From assembly GCA_965369625.1 (NCBI GenBank), contig CBDUQW010000002.1:27708-91707 (forward strand): 64,000 nt of DNA, given 5' to 3'. Under the pieces are notes generated by a model, which searched no databases, was not told the DNA's origin, and was given only the letters and a program-made list of their open reading frames with translations. Of the stretch, positions 1 to 8,563 are shown in pieces. Position 1 is the stretch's first letter, and each line of letters starts with the position of its first letter. This stretch comes from an uncultured Thermoplasmata archaeon (lineage in GTDB: Archaea > Thermoplasmatota > DTKX01 > GCA-020343715). The translations under genes and the position numbers were made by a program.

Positions 1-167
1 GACCCACTGGCTCGTACGCTTTACCGGGAGCCTCCCGGGCTCCTCCGGCGACACGGCCCACAGGGCCGTGGGAGGGGGTGTACGGCAGCCCGGAACGGGG
101 GTCGATCCACCCCCAACCCAGGGGGTAGCCAGGGGCGATTATTACCGCTGAAAATACGTCCCTTACC

Positions 168-177
168 TATTTATACA
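168..177 (+). promoter_or_regulatory. Putative archaeal TATA box (ctatttatac) in an AT-rich island upstream of the giant surface protein gene. A GGAGG-like RBS lies at about 251-259 before the ATG at 266.
   Basis: The only AT-rich stretch in the first 260 nt. TTTATA-type motif about 90 nt upstream of the ATG. GGAGGGTGTGAGG lies 7-15 nt before the start. Confidence 0.3.
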
Positions 178-265
178 GGTTGGCTAATGCTATCAAAAGA
201 AGTCTGGGGGCTCCCCTCAGGAGCCCTTGAACAACAGTCCGGGAGCACTTGGAGGGTGTGAGGTC

Positions 266-3200
266 ATGAAGAAAGGTAATATCGAAGGAAGGGAACCAAA
301 GAGCGGACGTAGGATCAAAGGGGTCGGTGCACTGACCGTGTCCGTGGTCCTGTTCATGCTCGTATCGCTGATCATGCCCACCGTGAGCGCAGCTCCCGCC
401 CCGGACCTGTTCGTCGACCCCTTGGACCTGTCCGTGGGACCAGAGCCCCTCGTGGAGGGCGTTCCTGCCACGGTGAGCTTCGTGGTCAACAACATGGGTG
501 ACCAGAGCGCCTTCAGCCTGAACATCTCCCTGTACGACCACGGCGAGCTGGTGGCCGACAAGTGGTTCAGGGATTGCATCATCGGTGAGAACATCACCGA
601 CACCCTCCCCTGGACGCCGCAGGCGGCCGGCACCTACGACCTCACCATCAGGGCCTGGTACGGTCCAGGCTCGACCAAGACCGACCAGAACTGGGATGAC
701 AACAACGGTAGCGTCAGCGTGACCGTGAGGTCGCGACCCGACGTGTACCTGACCTCCTCCGACATCACCCACACCGCCCCCGACCCCGACTACGTGGTCG
801 ACGGGGACCTGGTCACCGTCCGCGCCGTGCTGCACAACGCCGGGACCGCCGACGTGACCTCGTGCAACGTGACCCTCTGGGAGGCCGCCGTGGACGGCGG
901 GGGCGAACGTGTCGCCACGCTGGCCGCCATCACCATCCCAGGCTCCGGCCAGGTAACTGTCAATCTGCCCTGGAACACCACCGGCTTCTCGGGCAAGCGG
1001 AACCTGTACGTCCGCGTCACCGACGTCCTGCCCACCGAGACCGCCTTCGCGAACAACGTGGCGACCATAAGCATAAAGGTCCACACCGTGGAGGACAAGG
1101 TCTTCGACGGCGTGGACAGGGAGATCATCTCGTCCTTCAAGATACAGTTCTTCATCACCGTCAAGGGTGGCGGCACCCTGACGATAACCGACGTCGGCAA
1201 CGCCACGGTCTACCAGGACTACGGCGAGCAGTACGAGATCGAGGTGATGGACACTGGCAAGCTGATAATCGATGGTGGCATCCTCAACGCCGCCATGAAC
1301 TACACCGTTTCGCTTACCGACTCCGCCGAGCTCCATCTGCTCAACGGCGCCGAGTCCAACGTGAGGGTGGTGGCCTCTGGCAATGCCAAGGTCTTCATAC
1401 ATGACAGCACCCTGGACGCGCCCACCATCGAGATGACCGGGGGCGCCCTAACTGCCTCCGGTTCGAACATCACCGCTGGCCGTCTGGACCTCTTCTACAC
1501 CACCGTCGTGGTCGACTCCTCGAGCATCAGGACCGGGGAGACCATACGCATCGTTGGCCAGACCGCCTCGTTCAACGACACCGAGATCAAGGTGGCCCGA
1601 GAGTTCGAGGACATCGTTCTGGCCATCGAGGCCTTCCCGCAGCTGGAGGGCCACGACCCGGACACCAGGGAGGTCGAGATACTGCCCCCGGCACTGGTGG
1701 TCACGGACGGTGCCATGGTGGACCTGCGGAACGTCTCCGTCGATTCCACCATCTACATCACCTCCGAGGAAAGCAGCTACTGGACCTCCAACAGGCTCGA
1801 CGCCGAGGGGCGCACCTCCGTCGTGAACGTGCACAGGTACGTGGTCGTCCAGGTGAGGGACTGGTTCGGCGAGGTCGTGCCGAACGCCGAGGTCCAGGTG
1901 ATGGACTACTTCGACGACATCGTGATCATCAGCGGCACCACCAACCTCACCGGCGACGTGACGCTGGCGGTCAAGACCGACTACGTGACGGCCGCCCAGA
2001 AGCCCTACGTGGGGAACCTCAGGGTGAGGGCCTCCGCCTACGGCAGGAACTCCGACGACGTCTGGTTCGCCCACAGCAAGTACCCCGACATGGACTTCGA
2101 GAGCAACACGTTGTTCGTGGACATCGAGATGCCCCCCAACCCGCACCCGGACATGGGCCTGAGGTACAGGAGGTACGTGACCCCCCACCTGATAAAGAAT
2201 GACGAGTCGAGCATGGACAAGAACATCATCGTCGACAACACCGTGCTCACGCTGTTGAACACCACCTTCACCCTGGAGCAGGAGTTCCCGTACCAGTGGT
2301 ACATACTGATCACCGGCGAGCACGGCACCCTCAGGCTGCAGAACGCCACCATCATGAGCCAGTATCCCTTCAAGATCTACGTGGAGGAGAGCGGGACCCT
2401 CGTCATGAGCGAAGGGTCGGCGCTCCTCGACGTCCGGATCATCGCCAAGGACGATTCCAGCCTCGAGATAGTCGACGGCATCATAATGGGAGGCATCTTC
2501 ACCGAGTGCCAGTCCATCGATATCGCCGGCGCCTCCCGCCTCACGCTCTCCCATACCCACATGGAGGCCACCACTGTCAGCATCACCGGTGGCTATGTCC
2601 ACGAGCAGGCGGACATGTTGATCAAGGCCAACGACGTGATGCTGAGCGGCGTGGAGCTCTCCGCCGACTACGAGATCAGCGACACCGTGGGCGCGGAGGA
2701 CCTTTGGGACATCACCCTCTACTTCGGATGGAGCATCCTCAACGACGAGGAGTACCTCTTGAACATCAGCGCAGGCTTCTTCGACTACTTCGCCGCCGGG
2801 TCCGAGATCACCATCGAGACCTCGAGGCTCAACATCATCGATTCCTTCGTCTACGCGATAGACACCAACATCAAGGTGCGTCGCTCAAGCACGCCCAAGC
2901 AGACGTCCATCGAGGGCAGCTGGATCGGCGGCATCAACCTGACGGTCATCTCCGACGACATGGTGGCCATCGACTCCCACTTCAACAGGGTGCTGGACAA
3001 CTTCTCCGGCACCGACAAGATCCGCCTCGAGAGCGTGGAGGTCCCAGGGATCGTCTGCGAGGGCGAGGCCCTGGTGGAGCGGTACTGGTCCCTGACCGTC
3101 TACGCCTACGACGGCGCCGGGTCCGTGAGGCCCTGGGCCCTCCTGGAGGTGTTCTCCACCGAGACCAACGACAGGGTCTTCCCGCCCACGGGCGAGGAGG

Positions 3201-5425
3201 ACCTGGAATCCAGCCGTACCAATTCAGCAGGCATGATAACCGTCTCGCTCCTGGCCAACGTGACCGACAGCACCGGGGACTACTTCGTGGGCTCCTACTA
3301 CTTCTGGCTGGTCTACGATGGTCCCAACTTCGAGAACGACCCCGCCTACACCGAGACGAAGCAGGTGAACCTCAAGGGGGACAGCGTCTTCGAGGCCCGT
3401 TGGCCCATCGTGATAGCGCCCCTCGAGAAGGATATCATCTACTGCCTCTACACCGCAGAGGAGGCAGGCCCCTCCGTGGACATCAAGATGTACAACCACA
3501 CCTTCTGGTCGGAGGAGGAGGCCGAGCAGTTCCTCAACGAGAGCGCCTACATGTCCTACGACAGGATCAAGTTCAACAGGACCATCATCCGGAACACCAC
3601 CATCAGGATGACCTTCTACGCCTCGGCCAGGGTCAACGAGGTCTGGGAACCCCTCACGGAAGGCACGGTGAAGGTCTACGTGCTGACCACTCCCGACCCC
3701 AACCCCAACCGGCCCGCGACGGACTACAACGGCACGGCCCTCATCTACACCGTAGAGCCCCACCAGTTGGTGGACGGCATGGGGAACATCACGATATCCA
3801 TTCCCAACGGTGTCAGCGTGTACCAGCTGTACATCGCCATCGCTGGTGGTGACTACGACCCGATCTTCGAGCCCATCACCGAGCGGTTCATGGACCTGGA
3901 GGTCAAGCACCCCCAGACCATCCAGATCACCAGCGCCAAGATACAGGAGTATCCCATCCACGTGGGCGATGCGATATCCATCATGGGCTCGGTCAGGTAC
4001 ATCTACACCGACGAGCCCGTCCTCTACGCCGAGATCGAGGTCACCGGGACCTACGTCACCCCCGGACGCGGCCTGACCAACATGGACGGGGGTTTCACCA
4101 TCTCCATGCAGGCGCCGCTGCAGCCCCAGGAGAACGTCTCCCTCGAGATCATCGCGGTGGACCCCATCTCCGACGAGCAGTCCGCAATGATCATCAACTA
4201 CGCCGTCGAACCTCCCTACGAGGCCGAGGATGTGGTAGAATTCCCGTGGGGATGGGTCATCGTCGGTATCATCGCCGCCGTGATCGCCTTCTCCATCGTA
4301 CTGGGCGCGGTCATGATGTACCGCAAGCACTACGGCGAGGTGGTGGAGTGCGGCGAGTGCGGCGCCTTCATACCATCCAGCGCCACCTCGTGCCCCAAGT
4401 GCGGCATCGAGTTCGAGACTGACCTGGCCCGCTGCTCGGAGTGCGAGGCCTGGATACCTGCGAAATCATCCTCTTGCCCCGTGTGTGGAACCCCCTTCAC
4501 CATCCAGTCCCTGGAGGAGGCGGTGGCCATGGAGGAGGCGGAGGAGGACGTGGCCCCCATCGACCAGCTGACCACCTCCACCGCCCAGCTGGCCCCCCTC
4601 ACCCTTGAGGGCTCCACCCAGGCCTCCAAGTGGGGTGACAAGGTGGAGAAGCGCCGCCGCCGCATCAAGAAGCGGGTCAAGAAGCGCCTCACCGTCACCG
4701 ATGCCGAGGGCAACCTGGAGGAGGAGGCCCCCGAGGAGGCGAAGGACCTGTTCGTTGGCGACGAGGGTGATGAGGCGACCCGCCTGCCCGGTCTGGGCGT
4801 GGACGAGTCCATGCTCTCCGACGACGAGCTCTCCAGGCTCCTGCCCACAGAGGACATGCTCAAGGAACTCATGCTGACCAGCGACCAGCCTCCCAGCGAG
4901 GCCGCCCTCGAGGGCGAGGCCGACGAACTGGCCGACGAACTGGCCGACGAGGAGGCTCCCGAGGCGGACGAGGCAGAGGCCGATGCCGATGCTGATGCCG
5001 ATGCCGACGCGATGGAGGCGGGAATGGACCTGGAGGAGATCCCCTCAGAAGAGGGCGAGGTCCCCGAGCCTGACGCCGAGGACCTGGAGGAGATCCCGCC
5101 GCCCGAGGGGGCCGACGACGACCTGGACCTTCCCGAGGACGAGGAGACCATGCCCGGCCTTGGCCAGGTCCCCGACGAGGACAAGCCCGAGGAGGAGATG
5201 TACGAGGGACGCGAGCTGCTCAGCGAGCTGGGCCTGGTCGCCGAGGTGCCCAGCACCGCCGACCGGGATGAGGGAGGGGAACCCGCCGAGGAGGAGTCCC
5301 TCAAGGACCTGCTCACCGAGGAGGGGTCCAAGGAGACCCCCAAGCTCTGCCCCAACTGCGGTGGCAACTGGATCCTCTACAAGGACGGCGAGTACACCTG
5401 TCGCATCTGCGGCGAGAAGTGGTGA
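266..5425 (+). CDS. Giant (about 1719 aa) type I membrane surface protein. It has an N-terminal signal peptide, two CARDB-like domains, beta-helix-like repeats and many N-x-S/T sequons. A single TM segment (WGWVIVGIIAAVIAFSIVLGAVMMY, about nt 4246-4320) is followed by a ~370-aa cytoplasmic tail with three Cys4 zinc ribbons and an acidic low-complexity tract.
   Basis: Long ORF 227..5425 with non-shadow composition. The likely start is ATG 266 (MKKGNIEGREPKSGRRIKGVGALTVSVVLFMLVSLIMPTVSAAPAP, a signal peptide). CARDB-like motifs (VSFVVNNMGDQSA..., VRAVLHNAGTAD...). Zinc ribbons CGECG...CPKCG, CSECE...CPVCG and CPNCG...CRICG. Acidic tract EEAPEADEAEADADADADA. Confidence 0.8.
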   Translation: MKKGNIEGREPKSGRRIKGVGALTVSVVLFMLVSLIMPTVSAAPAPDLFVDPLDLSVGPEPLVEGVPATVSFVVNNMGDQSAFSLNISLYDHGELVADKWFRDCIIGENITDTLPWTPQAAGTYDLTIRAWYGPGSTKTDQNWDDNNGSVSVTVRSRPDVYLTSSDITHTAPDPDYVVDGDLVTVRAVLHNAGTADVTSCNVTLWEAAVDGGGERVATLAAITIPGSGQVTVNLPWNTTGFSGKRNLYVRVTDVLPTETAFANNVATISIKVHTVEDKVFDGVDREIISSFKIQFFITVKGGGTLTITDVGNATVYQDYGEQYEIEVMDTGKLIIDGGILNAAMNYTVSLTDSAELHLLNGAESNVRVVASGNAKVFIHDSTLDAPTIEMTGGALTASGSNITAGRLDLFYTTVVVDSSSIRTGETIRIVGQTASFNDTEIKVAREFEDIVLAIEAFPQLEGHDPDTREVEILPPALVVTDGAMVDLRNVSVDSTIYITSEESSYWTSNRLDAEGRTSVVNVHRYVVVQVRDWFGEVVPNAEVQVMDYFDDIVIISGTTNLTGDVTLAVKTDYVTAAQKPYVGNLRVRASAYGRNSDDVWFAHSKYPDMDFESNTLFVDIEMPPNPHPDMGLRYRRYVTPHLIKNDESSMDKNIIVDNTVLTLLNTTFTLEQEFPYQWYILITGEHGTLRLQNATIMSQYPFKIYVEESGTLVMSEGSALLDVRIIAKDDSSLEIVDGIIMGGIFTECQSIDIAGASRLTLSHTHMEATTVSITGGYVHEQADMLIKANDVMLSGVELSADYEISDTVGAEDLWDITLYFGWSILNDEEYLLNISAGFFDYFAAGSEITIETSRLNIIDSFVYAIDTNIKVRRSSTPKQTSIEGSWIGGINLTVISDDMVAIDSHFNRVLDNFSGTDKIRLESVEVPGIVCEGEALVERYWSLTVYAYDGAGSVRPWALLEVFSTETNDRVFPPTGEEDLESSRTNSAGMITVSLLANVTDSTGDYFVGSYYFWLVYDGPNFENDPAYTETKQVNLKGDSVFEARWPIVIAPLEKDIIYCLYTAEEAGPSVDIKMYNHTFWSEEEAEQFLNESAYMSYDRIKFNRTIIRNTTIRMTFYASARVNEVWEPLTEGTVKVYVLTTPDPNPNRPATDYNGTALIYTVEPHQLVDGMGNITISIPNGVSVYQLYIAIAGGDYDPIFEPITERFMDLEVKHPQTIQITSAKIQEYPIHVGDAISIMGSVRYIYTDEPVLYAEIEVTGTYVTPGRGLTNMDGGFTISMQAPLQPQENVSLEIIAVDPISDEQSAMIINYAVEPPYEAEDVVEFPWGWVIVGIIAAVIAFSIVLGAVMMYRKHYGEVVECGECGAFIPSSATSCPKCGIEFETDLARCSECEAWIPAKSSSCPVCGTPFTIQSLEEAVAMEEAEEDVAPIDQLTTSTAQLAPLTLEGSTQASKWGDKVEKRRRRIKKRVKKRLTVTDAEGNLEEEAPEEAKDLFVGDEGDEATRLPGLGVDESMLSDDELSRLLPTEDMLKELMLTSDQPPSEAALEGEADELADELADEEAPEADEAEADADADADADAMEAGMDLEEIPSEEGEVPEPDAEDLEEIPPPEGADDDLDLPEDEETMPGLGQVPDEDKPEEEMYEGRELLSELGLVAEVPSTADRDEGGEPAEEESLKDLLTEEGSKETPKLCPNCGGNWILYKDGEYTCRICGEKW
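4979..5008 (+). repeat. Hexanucleotide microsatellite (GCCGAT/GCTGAT)x5 encoding (Ala-Asp)n inside the cytoplasmic tail. An adjacent 12-nt direct repeat (gccgacgaactg x2, at 4921-4950) encodes ADELADEL.
   Basis: Direct reading of gccgatgccgatgctgatgccgatgccgac. Confidence 0.8.
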
Positions 5426-6007
5426 GGCGGGGGAGCGCCCCCCGTCCGTCACTCGTTACGGCACCAGCCTGCGGCCTGCATCTTCTGCAAGGGCTGCCCG
5501 GTGGGGATGGGCGCGCATTCCTTGACCCTTGGGGATGGTGATATGTCCAGGGTCGTGCAACCGGCCACCTGGGTGGATGAAGGGTCAGACACGATGCGGC
5601 CTCGGGGAACGCCCTGCCCCCGGGACCAATGATGCATGTGGAGGCGGCCGACGGCCTGGGATCAGGCCTGCGAACGTGGGCGGCGGCACGGTCGCGATGG
5701 GCTGCTGTGCGGTCACGTGGACGCCCCCATGTCAATGGGAGATATGGAGGGGAGGGTAGTCGCTGCCCCGCTGCACGGGACGTGCCTCTACGTTACCACG
5801 GTCAAGGACGATGGGGAGGGTCGGCTCGGGGGTGTCGTCGGTGCGATGGCGAAGGGGAGGAGGATGGGCTGTCCGATGATTGCCATCCGGACCCGTGACC
5901 CCCCCGCCTACTAGCTGCATGTCGATGGCGATGGGGACTGCGTTGCCCTGCCCCGAGCAGGGCTGTCGAGATGACGAATGCGGGCCCGATGGTGGTCCCC
6001 GATGGCT

Positions 6008-6910
6008 CTACATCTCGATGTCGGTCTTGATCAAGGCGTAGCCCAGGTCGAAGAACTGCACGTTCTTGATGTCCATGGTGATGAAATCGCCGGAGATGGA
6101 CAGGACGAAGTCGGTGCCCGGCACCAGGCCGGCGTCGATCATGGAGTTGTTGAAGTACCGGGACCACGCGATGGTGTACTCGGTGATCATGGTCAGGTTG
6201 AGCCACTCAGGGGGGTTGAACCGGTGGGATGCGGCGGTGTAGGTCACCAGCTGGGTCTGGAACAGGATGGTGCTGGTGCCCTGTATGGAGGTCTCGATGC
6301 CCGATATTGTGATCTGGACGAAGGTGACCTTGACGACGGGCCCGAACTTCTCCACGGTGAACTGGGGTCCTATGCGCACGATCTCGCCGGCGCCCTGGTT
6401 GAGGATGAGGGCGCCGTTCTCGTAGGCGATCTCCTGGTTGACGTAGTACTGGTTGTTGGAGGTGTACTTCATCCCGCCGGTGGCGGTGATGTTGACCTCC
6501 CCCGACTGGTTCTTGACGTTGCAATAGTACTCCAGCTCGTCGTTGCGGAAGTGGTTGATGGAGAATGTGCCGGACGAGTCGGTGCCGAACATGGCGTAGC
6601 CCTCGGTGCCCAGGGACACAGGGTTGGCCACGCTGAAGGCGGTGTCGCCCTGCAGGATCTGGTTGTCGATGGTGGCCTTGATGTTGCCGAAGTCGGCGGA
6701 GACCTTGTGTATCTGGTTGGCCTCCCTCTTCTCCATCCAGACGGGCATCCAGACCGAGGTGACCATGGTCACCAGCAGGATCACGATGAGGATGGACAGC
6801 ATGATGGCGACCACGCCGGCGGCGGCCTCGTCCTCTTCCCGGAGGTGGCATATCCTCCGTCTGAGGCGTCCTCCGCCGTGTCCAGCAGCCTGTCCCATCG
6901 ACCTGGTCAT
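6008..6910 (-). CDS. Archaeal type IV pilin-like protein (class III signal peptide / Pilin_N-like N-terminus), 300 aa. It is a paralog of the N-terminal 300 aa of the next gene.
   Basis: N-terminus ...EDEAAAGVVAIMLSILIVILLVTMVTSVW has a charged region followed by a hydrophobic helix, typical of archaeal prepilins. Realistic composition, versus Arg/His-rich antisense ORFs on the other strand. It aligns with 6938..8536 (KVSADFGNIKATIDNQILQGDTAF vs KVVNSQFDGMASSIDKQILNGDTKF). Confidence 0.65.
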   Translation of the reverse strand: MTRSMGQAAGHGGGRLRRRICHLREEDEAAAGVVAIMLSILIVILLVTMVTSVWMPVWMEKREANQIHKVSADFGNIKATIDNQILQGDTAFSVANPVSLGTEGYAMFGTDSSGTFSINHFRNDELEYYCNVKNQSGEVNITATGGMKYTSNNQYYVNQEIAYENGALILNQGAGEIVRIGPQFTVEKFGPVVKVTFVQITISGIETSIQGTSTILFQTQLVTYTAASHRFNPPEWLNLTMITEYTIAWSRYFNNSMIDAGLVPGTDFVLSISGDFITMDIKNVQFFDLGYALIKTDIEM

Positions 6911-6937
6911 TCCCGTCTTCCCCTTTTACAGCTTTCC

Positions 6938-8536
6938 CTATGGATGCAACATTTGATAATATCGGGCGATGTCCGCGTCGGACAGCGCCTTGTCGAATAT
7001 GATGAGCTCGTCCACCTCGCCCTCGAAGTGTCTCCTGTAGATGCCGGAGTGGTACTGGGCGCCCACCGTCAGTCCCTGGGCGACGATGTTGATGTCCCCG
7101 GCGAGCGCGGTGGTGTTCTCGAGGGTGCCGTTGACGTAGATCTTGAGGGCGCCCTCGGCCGTGCTGAAGACGCCTGTGACATGGTACCATATGTTGGGCC
7201 CGGGCACCGTTGAGGACCACACCCAGTCCCGTCTCACGTCCGTGCGGACCGAGAACTCGAAGCCATCGTTGGTGTGACTCGTGCCTACGGTGTTCCCGTT
7301 GTGCTGGAGGGACCACTGGTTCTCGCCCTTGGCCGCGATGGTCGCCCAAGTTGTCCCGTTCCACGGGTTCACGTCCCACCGGACCCAGCACATGACGGTG
7401 ACGCCGTCCTGGACGTTGTACTCGGGTATCTCGGGGATGCTCATGCGCGACCCGGTGCCGTTGAAGGTGTAGCCGCCGCTGTGCACGCCGGCGGTGAAGC
7501 AGCCGCTCCCCACCACGGTGCCGTGGTTGTGGTAGAAGCTGGAATCTGCCGCCAGGGGTCCCGTCCCGTCGTTGAAGTGCCAGAGGCCCACCACGTCCTG
7601 GAGGCCGGGACCGAGGGTGGAACCGCCTGCATTGTCCTGGATCTGGACGTTGACCAGTGCGTAGCCCATCTGGAGGGAGTTGACGTTCCTGATGGCAAGG
7701 TGGATGTCGTTGCCGCTCACGGTCATGATGTAGTCGACGCCTGGGGTGAAGCCCTCCTGGATGAGGGTGTTCTCGTAGTACCTCTGCCAGGCCACGGGGA
7801 ACTCCGTCACCATGCTGATGTTCATCCACTCCGGGGCCGCGAAGCGGAATTCGGCGGTGGTGTAGGTGACCAGCTGGGACTGGACGATGAGTGTGCCCAT
7901 CCCGGTGACCTCCGCCTCCACACCGGACACGGTGATCAGCACGTACGACATGTGGACCACGGGGCCGTGCTTCTCGATGATGAACTGGGGACGGGCCCGC
8001 ACCACCTGGCCCCCGCCCTGTTTGAGGACGATGGCGCCGTTCTGGTAGGCCAGGGTCTGGTCGACGTAGAGGGCGTTGGAGGAGGTGTACTTCATGCCCC
8101 CGGTGCAGGTGATGTTGACCTCGCCCGACTCGTTGCGGAGGTTCGTGTAGAACTCCAGGTCGCCGTCGCGGAAGGAGTTGATGGAGAAGGTGCCCACGGA
8201 GTCGGCGGCGAAGACGGAGGAGCCCTGGACCCCCAGGGTGATGGGGCTGCCGATCAGGAACTTGGTGTCGCCGTTGAGGATCTGCTTGTCGATGGAGGAC
8301 GCCATCCCGTCGAACTGGGAGTTGACCACCTTCATGTGGTCGCTCTCGGCGGTCTCCATCCACTCGGGGATCCACGTGGTGGTCACCATGGTGATGAGGA
8401 GGATCATTATCATGAGGCCCAGCATGATGGTGACGACCCCGGCGGACGCGTCCTCGTCATGCCTGAGCCTCCCCATCCTCCGCTTGGTGGACCAGGTCCG
8501 GTCCCCTGTCGGGCTGTCCCCCATCCCTTCTTCCAT
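6938..8536 (-). CDS. Type IV pilin-like protein (532 aa) with a C-terminal LamG/concanavalin-A-like lectin domain. Candidate pilus-associated adhesin.
   Basis: N-terminus DEDASAGVVTIMLGLMIMILLITMVTTTW (Pilin_N-like). C-terminal about 220 aa contain LamG_3 hallmarks (LWHFNDGTG...HGTVVGS...FNGTGSRMSIP...YHVTGVF...LKIYVNGT...GEVDELIIFDKALSDADI). Confidence 0.7.
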   Translation of the reverse strand: MEEGMGDSPTGDRTWSTKRRMGRLRHDEDASAGVVTIMLGLMIMILLITMVTTTWIPEWMETAESDHMKVVNSQFDGMASSIDKQILNGDTKFLIGSPITLGVQGSSVFAADSVGTFSINSFRDGDLEFYTNLRNESGEVNITCTGGMKYTSSNALYVDQTLAYQNGAIVLKQGGGQVVRARPQFIIEKHGPVVHMSYVLITVSGVEAEVTGMGTLIVQSQLVTYTTAEFRFAAPEWMNISMVTEFPVAWQRYYENTLIQEGFTPGVDYIMTVSGNDIHLAIRNVNSLQMGYALVNVQIQDNAGGSTLGPGLQDVVGLWHFNDGTGPLAADSSFYHNHGTVVGSGCFTAGVHSGGYTFNGTGSRMSIPEIPEYNVQDGVTVMCWVRWDVNPWNGTTWATIAAKGENQWSLQHNGNTVGTSHTNDGFEFSVRTDVRRDWVWSSTVPGPNIWYHVTGVFSTAEGALKIYVNGTLENTTALAGDINIVAQGLTVGAQYHSGIYRRHFEGEVDELIIFDKALSDADIARYYQMLHP

Positions 8537-8563
8537 GTCCTCTCAACACTCCCTTGTGCACCT

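Noticed and set aside
90-125. tRNA-like T-arm candidate (ggggg-tcgatcc-acccc) and the palindrome ccgggagcctcccgggctcc in the first 130 nt.
   Set aside because: The loop-closing pair is mismatched, and no acceptor/D/anticodon arms can be built around it on either strand. Most likely GC-rich hairpins (terminator or structural) at the 3' side of an upstream gene.
167-1402. 411-aa minus-strand ORF rich in Gly/Val/Asp/His.
   Set aside because: Antisense shadow ORF of the giant surface protein gene (266-5425). Composition is typical of the opposite strand of high-GC coding DNA, with no motifs.
1448-5367. Series of long ORFs inside the giant gene (1448-2602 minus, 2296-3852 plus, 3224-4330 minus, 4330-5367 minus).
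   Set aside because: Arg/Pro/His/Gly- or Ser-rich alternative-frame or antisense translations overlapping a well-supported long CDS.
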